Below are positions 34,611-39,538 of a stretch of 39,538 nt of DNA, one piece after another. The stretch comes from Kiritimatiellia bacterium (GTDB taxonomy: Bacteria; Verrucomicrobiota; Kiritimatiellia; CAIQIC01; Lenti-01), in contig DAOTNL010000003.1 of NCBI GenBank assembly GCA_035450765.1, forward strand, positions 1-39,538, given 5' to 3'. The notes below the pieces were generated by a model. The model saw only the letters and a list, made by a program, of their open reading frames with translations, was not told the origin of the DNA and searched no databases. Position 1 is the stretch's first letter; the number at the start of each line of letters is the position of its first letter. The position numbers and the translations under genes are program-made.

Positions 34611-35972
34611 TCAGCCAGCCGGCGGGGGTGTTTTCCCTTGCCGGGCGGCTTTTCGGAGGCCGTTCCAATGCTCGAGGCGCTTGCGGATGACCTCTTCGTA
34701 GCCCTCCGAGGTCGGCTGATAGTAGATTTTATCGGTCGGCACGTATTCCTGATCCACGAAATGCCCCTCGAAATCGTGGGCATACCGGTACCCCTGGTGC
34801 CCGAACGCCTGGGCGGCGCGCTTGGACCCCGTGCTGCGCAAGTGCTTGGGCACCGGCAGGGTCCGCCCTTCCTTCACGTCGGCCGTGGCGGCCTCCAGCC
34901 CCATGTAGGCCGCGTTGCTCTTGGGCGCCGTCGCCAGATAGGTCGTCGCCTGCGCCAAGGCGATCCGCGCCTCGGGCATGCCCACGAAGTCCACGGCTTC
35001 GAGCGCGGCCACGGCCACGCTCAGCCCGCGCGGATCGGCGTTGCCGACGTCCTCGCTGGCCAAAATGACCAGCCGGCGCGCCACGAACCGGGGGTCCTCC
35101 CCCGCGTAGAGCATCTTGGCCAGCCAGTAGAGCGCCGCGTTCGGATCCGAGCCGCGCACGCTCTTGATGAACGCCGAAATGGTGTCGTAGTGCCCGTCCT
35201 CGTCGTGGTCGTACACGACGGCTTTCTTCTGGATGCTTTCTTCCGTCACCGCGCGCGTGACGCGGATGATTCCGTCCGGGCCCGGCGCGGTCGTGAGCGC
35301 GGCGATCTCCAGCGCGTTGAGCGCGCGGCGCCCGTCGCCTTCGCACACGGCGGCCAGATGCGCCACCGCCGCGTCGTCCATCGCGATCTTCAGGTGCCCC
35401 AGCCCTTCCGGATGCGCCAGCGCCCGCCGCAGCAGTTGCGCCACCGCCTCCGCGTCCAGCGGCTCGAGCTGGAAGATCTGGCTGCGCGACGTCAGCGGGT
35501 TGTTGATGAAGAAAAACGGGTTGTGGGTCGTCGCGCCGATCAGCGTGACCGCCCCCTCCTCCACGTACGGCAGCAGGACGTCCTGCTGGGCCTTGTTGAA
35601 GCGGTGGATCTCGTCGATGAACAAAATCGTCTCGCGGCCCGACGCCGCGCGGCGCTGCTTGGCGGCTTCCAGCGATTGCCGCAGGCCCGCCACGTTCGAC
35701 AGCACGCCGCTCGACCGGTCGAACGCCCGGCGCGTCGTCCGCGCGATGACTTCCGCCAGCGACGTCTTGCCGCAGCCGGGCGGGCCGTAGAGGATGATGC
35801 TCGACAGGCGGTCGGCCTCGATGGCCCGGCGCAGCAACTTGCCGGGACCGAGGACGTGGTCCTGGCCGACGATGTCTTCCAGCGTGCGCGGGCGCATCCG
35901 CGCCGCCAAGGGGCGGCGGGTGGCGTCGAAGTCCGGCTTGTCCGCCGGGGCAGGCTCGAAGAGATCGCTCAT
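34611..35972 (-). CDS. rarA: Replication-associated recombination protein A (AAA+ ATPase)
   Basis: 453 aa. Walker A GPPGCGKTSLA, Walker B/sensor FIDEIHRFNKAQQD, and the C-terminal MgsA helical domain (YDHDEDGHYD...SAFIKSVRGSDPNAALYWL). Confidence 0.95.
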   Translation of the reverse strand: MSDLFEPAPADKPDFDATRRPLAARMRPRTLEDIVGQDHVLGPGKLLRRAIEADRLSSIILYGPPGCGKTSLAEVIARTTRRAFDRSSGVLSNVAGLRQSLEAAKQRRAASGRETILFIDEIHRFNKAQQDVLLPYVEEGAVTLIGATTHNPFFFINNPLTSRSQIFQLEPLDAEAVAQLLRRALAHPEGLGHLKIAMDDAAVAHLAAVCEGDGRRALNALEIAALTTAPGPDGIIRVTRAVTEESIQKKAVVYDHDEDGHYDTISAFIKSVRGSDPNAALYWLAKMLYAGEDPRFVARRLVILASEDVGNADPRGLSVAVAALEAVDFVGMPEARIALAQATTYLATAPKSNAAYMGLEAATADVKEGRTLPVPKHLRSTGSKRAAQAFGHQGYRYAHDFEGHFVDQEYVPTDKIYYQPTSEGYEEVIRKRLEHWNGLRKAARQGKTPPPAG

Positions 35973-36013
35973 GGAATCCCTTCAGATTGCCAGATTCCGG
36001 GGGCCGGCCCAAT

Positions 36014-36055
36014 CGAAAAAGAGACCGGGAAGGCCCCGCGCTCGGGGGCCTTTCC
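36014..36055 (-). terminator. Rho-independent terminator after lemA
   Basis: Minus strand reads GGAAAGGCCCC-GAGCGC-GGGGCCTTCC (one bulge), followed within 7 nt by TTTTT. Confidence 0.5.
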
Positions 36056-36074
36056 GGAAGCCGGCTTCCGCGGG

Positions 36075-36638
36075 CTAGAACTGGACGGTCGGCGCCGTTT
36101 CGGCGCCCTGGGCGGCCGCGAACGGAGCCCGGGTCTGGAACCCCGCCAAACGCGCCACGAGGGCCGTCGGGAACCGCCGAATGGCCACGTTGTAGGCTTG
36201 CACCGATTCGTTGAAACGCTGGCGCTCGACGTTGATCCGGTTTTCGGTCCCGGCCAGCTCGTCCTGCAGAGCGATGAAGTTCTGGTTGGCCTTCAGATCG
36301 GGATAATTCTCCACCACGACCATCAGTCGGCTCAGCGCGCCTTCCAGGCCGGAGGCCGCCTCGACCTTTTCCGAAGTCGACTTGGCTTCGCCCCACTGGC
36401 TGCGCAGTCGGGTGATTTCTTCCAGGATGCCCTTTTCGTGCTGGGCATAGCCCTTCACCGTGTTGACCAGGTTCGGGATCAGGTCGAACCGGCGCTGCAG
36501 CACCGACTCCACGTTGCCCCAGGCTTTCTTGCAGGCCTCGTCCTTGTCCACGACGCCGTTGTACATGCCCATCGCCATCAAGCCGACGACGATCGCCAGC
36601 AGAACCGCCACGCCGCCCGCCACCAAACAACCCTTCAT
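36075..36638 (-). CDS. lemA: LemA family protein
   Basis: 187 aa. N-terminal TM helix, then RRFDLIPNLVNTVKGYAQHEK and ENYPDLKANQNF, the LemA signatures. Confidence 0.9.
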   Translation of the reverse strand: MKGCLVAGGVAVLLAIVVGLMAMGMYNGVVDKDEACKKAWGNVESVLQRRFDLIPNLVNTVKGYAQHEKGILEEITRLRSQWGEAKSTSEKVEAASGLEGALSRLMVVVENYPDLKANQNFIALQDELAGTENRINVERQRFNESVQAYNVAIRRFPTALVARLAGFQTRAPFAAAQGAETAPTVQF

Positions 36639-37423
36639 GCTGACGTTCCTTTCCGTTGACTTTCCAAATCACCAGCGCCCGCCCGCCCCGCCGCCGCCCG
36701 AGCGTCCGCCGCCGAATCCGCCAAAACTGCTGCCGCCCCCGCCTCCGCCGCCGCTCCAGCCACGGCCGGAAAACCCGCCCCCGGAAATTCCGCCGCTGGA
36801 AATTCCCCCCCACCCTTGCCGCCGCGGATCGCCGACCGGACGATCAGGATGAACACGATGGCGAAAATGAACAGAAACACGATGGCGGCCAGCGGATTTT
36901 CCTCCGGCGCGGCGGGCTCCGGCAGCGTCTCGCCGCCCATGACGCGCAGCAAGGCGTCGGCGCCGTCGCTCAGGCCCCGCGCGTAGTCGCCTCCCTTGAA
37001 GCGCGGAAGAATCCACTCGTCCCGGATGCGCCCGCACTTGGCGTCGTTCAGCACGCCTTCCAACCCGTAGCCGACTTCGATCCACATCGCGCGGTCCTCG
37101 ATCGCCGCCAGCAGCAGGACGCCGTTGTCCTTGCCTTTCTCGCCGATGCCCCATTGCGCGAACAGCTTGACCGCGAAATCGTTGATATCGCCCCCTTGCA
37201 GCGATTTCAAGGCCACGACCGCCAGTTGCGCGCCGGTCGCCTGGCGCACCGCGGCGATGCGGCTTTCCAGATCGGCCTTTTGCGCGGGCGTGAACACCCC
37301 CGCCCAGTCGCTCACGTGGCCTTGCGGGACCAGGCTCTCGCGGAACCGGTCCGATTCGATCTGCGCATGGGCGCCCGCCGCGGCCAACCAGATCGCGCAC
37401 GCGATGAAACGGAAAATTCTCAT
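36635..37423 (-). CDS. TPM-domain protein (YgcG-like); the 3' end is probably in the wrong frame (see finding)
   Basis: Signal peptide; VSDWAGVFTPAQKADLESRI...QLAVVAL...GVLLLAAIEDRAMWIEVGYGLEG matches the TPM fold; TM helix LAAIVFLFIFAIVFILIV. The canonical Gly-rich tail ending GGGGAGGRW lies in the other frame (stop 36669). Confidence 0.75.
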   Translation of the reverse strand: MRIFRFIACAIWLAAAGAHAQIESDRFRESLVPQGHVSDWAGVFTPAQKADLESRIAAVRQATGAQLAVVALKSLQGGDINDFAVKLFAQWGIGEKGKDNGVLLLAAIEDRAMWIEVGYGLEGVLNDAKCGRIRDEWILPRFKGGDYARGLSDGADALLRVMGGETLPEPAAPEENPLAAIVFLFIFAIVFILIVRSAIRGGKGGGEFPAAEFPGAGFPAVAGAAAEAGAAAVLADSAADARAAAGRAGAGDLESQRKGTSA

Positions 37424-37466
37424 GACGCCACGACGCTATCAAAACCCGTTCCGAGCGCGAGACTTT

Positions 37467-37494
37467 TTGAAATCAACGCAAGGTGCGGTATGTT
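37467..37494 (+). promoter_or_regulatory. Candidate sigma70-type promoter TTGAAA-N16-TATGTT for the cupin gene
   Basis: TTGAAA at 37467-37472 and TATGTT at 37489-37494, about 25 nt upstream of the AAGGAG SD and ATG 37519. Pattern match only. Confidence 0.35.
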
Positions 37495-37518
37495 CGGGAC
37501 TCAATCGAAGGAGTGCCC

Positions 37519-37869
37519 ATGAGTTCCGAACCCGCCGCGAATCCCGCCCAGAACCTGATGTCCCAGGTCATCCCCATGGCCGGCATGGTCGCCGTGCAGC
37601 CCGGCGCCGTCGTCAGCCGCACCGTGATTTCCAAACCCGCCGGCACGGTGACGTTGTTCGCGTTCGACCAAGGCCAGGGTCTCAGCACGCATTCCGCGCC
37701 CTACGACGCCATGGTGTGGATCCTCGAAGGCGACGCGGAAATCACCATCGACGGCAAGCCGCTGCTGGCCAAGACCGGCGACATGGTCATCATGCCGGCC
37801 AACCTCCCCCACGCCCTGAACGCCGCGCGGCCGTTCAAGATGGCGCTGGTGATGATCAAGGAGAAGTAG
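37519..37869 (+). CDS. Cupin domain protein
   Basis: ORF 37483-37869, with start moved to ATG 37519 behind a strong AAGGAG. GLSTHSAPYDAMVWILEGDAEITIDGK...GDMVIMPANLPHAL contains the two cupin motifs. Confidence 0.8.
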   Translation: MSSEPAANPAQNLMSQVIPMAGMVAVQPGAVVSRTVISKPAGTVTLFAFDQGQGLSTHSAPYDAMVWILEGDAEITIDGKPLLAKTGDMVIMPANLPHALNAARPFKMALVMIKEK

Positions 37870-37888
37870 GTCGCCCGCGGTCCGCGGG

Positions 37889-39283
37889 TCAGAACGCTTC
37901 GCGGTTCCGGCGCTCTTCGAATTCGTCCACGGCTTTCTGCATGCGGGTGCGCGGCAGATCGGCCGCGGCGGGATCCGGCGCGGCGAGATCCCCGGGCGCC
38001 GCCCGGTCGAACGAATCCACGTAGCGCTTGCGGTTCTGGTGCGATTCGAGAAACGCCTGATGGGCGCGCTCGGCGCGCAGCCAGAGCTGGTTGAGCGCCA
38101 CCTGCCAGGTCGCGTCGTCGGGCGGGCGCAGGGCGCCGTCCTCTTTTCTTTCGCGCTGCCACCAGGCCTTTTTTTCGGCCGGGGGCGTGCCGAGCTGCTC
38201 GAAGAACGCGACGTAGGAGGCCAGCACGCCCAGCAGGGCCGGCGGCGCGCCCAATTCGAGACTGCGGACCTGCATCGCCAGCGCGCCCGCCAGCGGCGGC
38301 GTCCACGACTCCCCGCGCAAGTCGATCAAGTCCCGCGCGAAGAGTTCCTGCGGCACGTCGTCGGGCACGGCCTCCAGCCAGTCCCGCGGCCGGAAATTCA
38401 GGGTTTGCAGGAGCTTTTCCTCGATCTGGAGCGAACGGTCGCCCCACGCTTCCGCGGTGCGCGCGCGCGCCTTGCGTTCGAGGAACTCCTTCCAGACGGC
38501 TTCCGGATTCCGCGCGCCCAGCGCGGCGCAGTTCTGCCGCAGCCAGGCGGCATCGATGGGCTGGCGCAGGCCGACGGACTTGAACAGCGCCGTCCACGCG
38601 CGGGCGTCGCCGTCGGGAAACAGCAATTCGACGGCGGCGGCGGCATAGGCTTTTTCGCGCCAGCGGCCGGAAGGCAAGACCTCCTGCTTGACCACCTGCG
38701 CCAGCGGCAGGATGCGGCCCTCGGCCAGTTCGCGGGCGATCCATTCGCGGTTGCGCGCGCGGCCGGCCGCCTGCGCGTTCTGCGCAAGTCCGGCGGAAAT
38801 CCAGTCCGGGACGGTCGCGCCCAGGCCGTGGCGTTGGCTGGCCGGCGCGTACTCGGCGGCATAGCGGTTCAGCAGCAACCAGGTGGCGCCTTCCAGCAGG
38901 TCCTCTTCGTCGAGCTGCCGCGCGCCGGGAACGACGAGCCGCTGGTAGAACTGGCCGTCGTCCCAGCCCTGCACCTTGAGCACCCGGGCGTCGGGCGCGG
39001 ACGAACTCTGGACCATGACGCCGAGAATCTGGTCCCGCCGCATCGGCAGCGGCAGCCCGGCGGCGGCCTCGATCCGGGCGGCGTGCTCGGACAGCTTGCG
39101 CGCCAGCACCATGTTTTCGGCGGACGACAGGCCCGACACCATGAACCGGCGGTCGGCGCTGGTGATCGCCGCGCGGCCGGGCTTGCCCGCGGGCCAGGCG
39201 GGCGGCGCATCCGCCTGTCCCAGCGCGGCGCAGGCGCAGGCGCCCGCCAGCAGGATTCCGCAGATGGACCGGCGTCCCGTCAT
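37889..39283 (-). CDS. Secreted hypothetical protein (~464 aa)
   Basis: ORF 37889-39385, with start moved to ATG 39283 (MTGRRSICGILLAGACACAALGQA signal peptide), 2 nt after the ettA stop. No family recognised. Confidence 0.55.
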   Translation of the reverse strand: MTGRRSICGILLAGACACAALGQADAPPAWPAGKPGRAAITSADRRFMVSGLSSAENMVLARKLSEHAARIEAAAGLPLPMRRDQILGVMVQSSSAPDARVLKVQGWDDGQFYQRLVVPGARQLDEEDLLEGATWLLLNRYAAEYAPASQRHGLGATVPDWISAGLAQNAQAAGRARNREWIARELAEGRILPLAQVVKQEVLPSGRWREKAYAAAAVELLFPDGDARAWTALFKSVGLRQPIDAAWLRQNCAALGARNPEAVWKEFLERKARARTAEAWGDRSLQIEEKLLQTLNFRPRDWLEAVPDDVPQELFARDLIDLRGESWTPPLAGALAMQVRSLELGAPPALLGVLASYVAFFEQLGTPPAEKKAWWQRERKEDGALRPPDDATWQVALNQLWLRAERAHQAFLESHQNRKRYVDSFDRAAPGDLAAPDPAAADLPRTRMQKAVDEFEERRNREAF

Positions 39284-39285
39284 CG

Positions 39286-39538
<253 letters not shown>

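Noticed and set aside
31942-34701. Plus-strand ORFs mirroring the ER/K genes (31942-34701, 32021-34081, 27310-29388, 29578-30693, 30117-31142)
   Set aside because: Their products are G/R/F/L- or A/S/C-rich strings, the complements of GAG/GCG/CGC-type codons. They lack start context. The minus-strand frames have SD sequences, signal peptides and a normal-composition N-terminal domain conserved between paralogs.
36669-37442. 257-aa ORF as an independent gene overlapping the TPM gene
   Set aside because: Its N-terminal 200 aa are R/G/P-rich mirror-frame sequence. Only its last ~50 codons (the Gly-rich tail) look genuine, and these are interpreted as the frameshifted 3' end of the TPM gene.

Overview
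GC-rich (well above 60% by eye), tightly packed bacterial chromosomal segment with about 45 CDS. I saw no rRNA, tRNA, CRISPR array, integrase or transposase. From 0.3 to 17.6 kb (+ strand) there is a housekeeping run with many 4-nt start/stop overlaps: M42 peptidase, argC, DUF4139 protein, nitroreductase, uvrB, nadC, birA, coaX, 4HBT thioesterase, 5-formyl-THF cyclo-ligase and rny-ymdB. It ends in an envelope/LPS-like set: GT9 heptosyltransferase, CBM20-esterase fusion, NAD epimerase and a Cys-rich zinc-ribbon protein. From 17.6 to 22.1 kb (- strand): thioesterase, prepilin-like protein, pyrH, frr, M23 peptidase, and a membrane coiled-coil protein followed by two mini-ORFs below the ORF-track cutoff. 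From 22.2 to 26.8 kb (+): an orphan ParB-like protein and a TatT-associated TRAP transporter (tatT-dctP-dctQ-dctM). From 27.3 to 37.4 kb (- strand): rubredoxin and manC, then the most unusual part of the window. This is three adjacent genes (851, 287 and 763 aa; 28.7-34.5 kb) for exported proteins made largely of E/R/A/K/Q helix. Two share an unrecognised N-terminal domain, two share a C-terminal PEWxQPxx[FY] tail, and one carries near-identical internal duplications with a 240-bp period. Upstream of them on the same strand lie rarA, lemA and a TPM-domain gene that looks frameshifted at a G7 run. The right end holds a cupin, a secreted hypothetical protein and the 3' end of ettA. Other observations: recurrent 19-bp TTTT...AAAA palindromes (4024 and 28654; twin copy at 17567/17598), phased CGAAT/ATTCG and heptad repeats in the uvrB and argC leaders, and a ~0.5 kb lower-GC non-coding gap between convergent genes (26.8-27.3 kb). 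All functional calls come from recognising motifs and families by eye; no database search was possible. The lineage guess (PVC-type, Verrucomicrobiota/Kiritimatiellota-like) is inference only.
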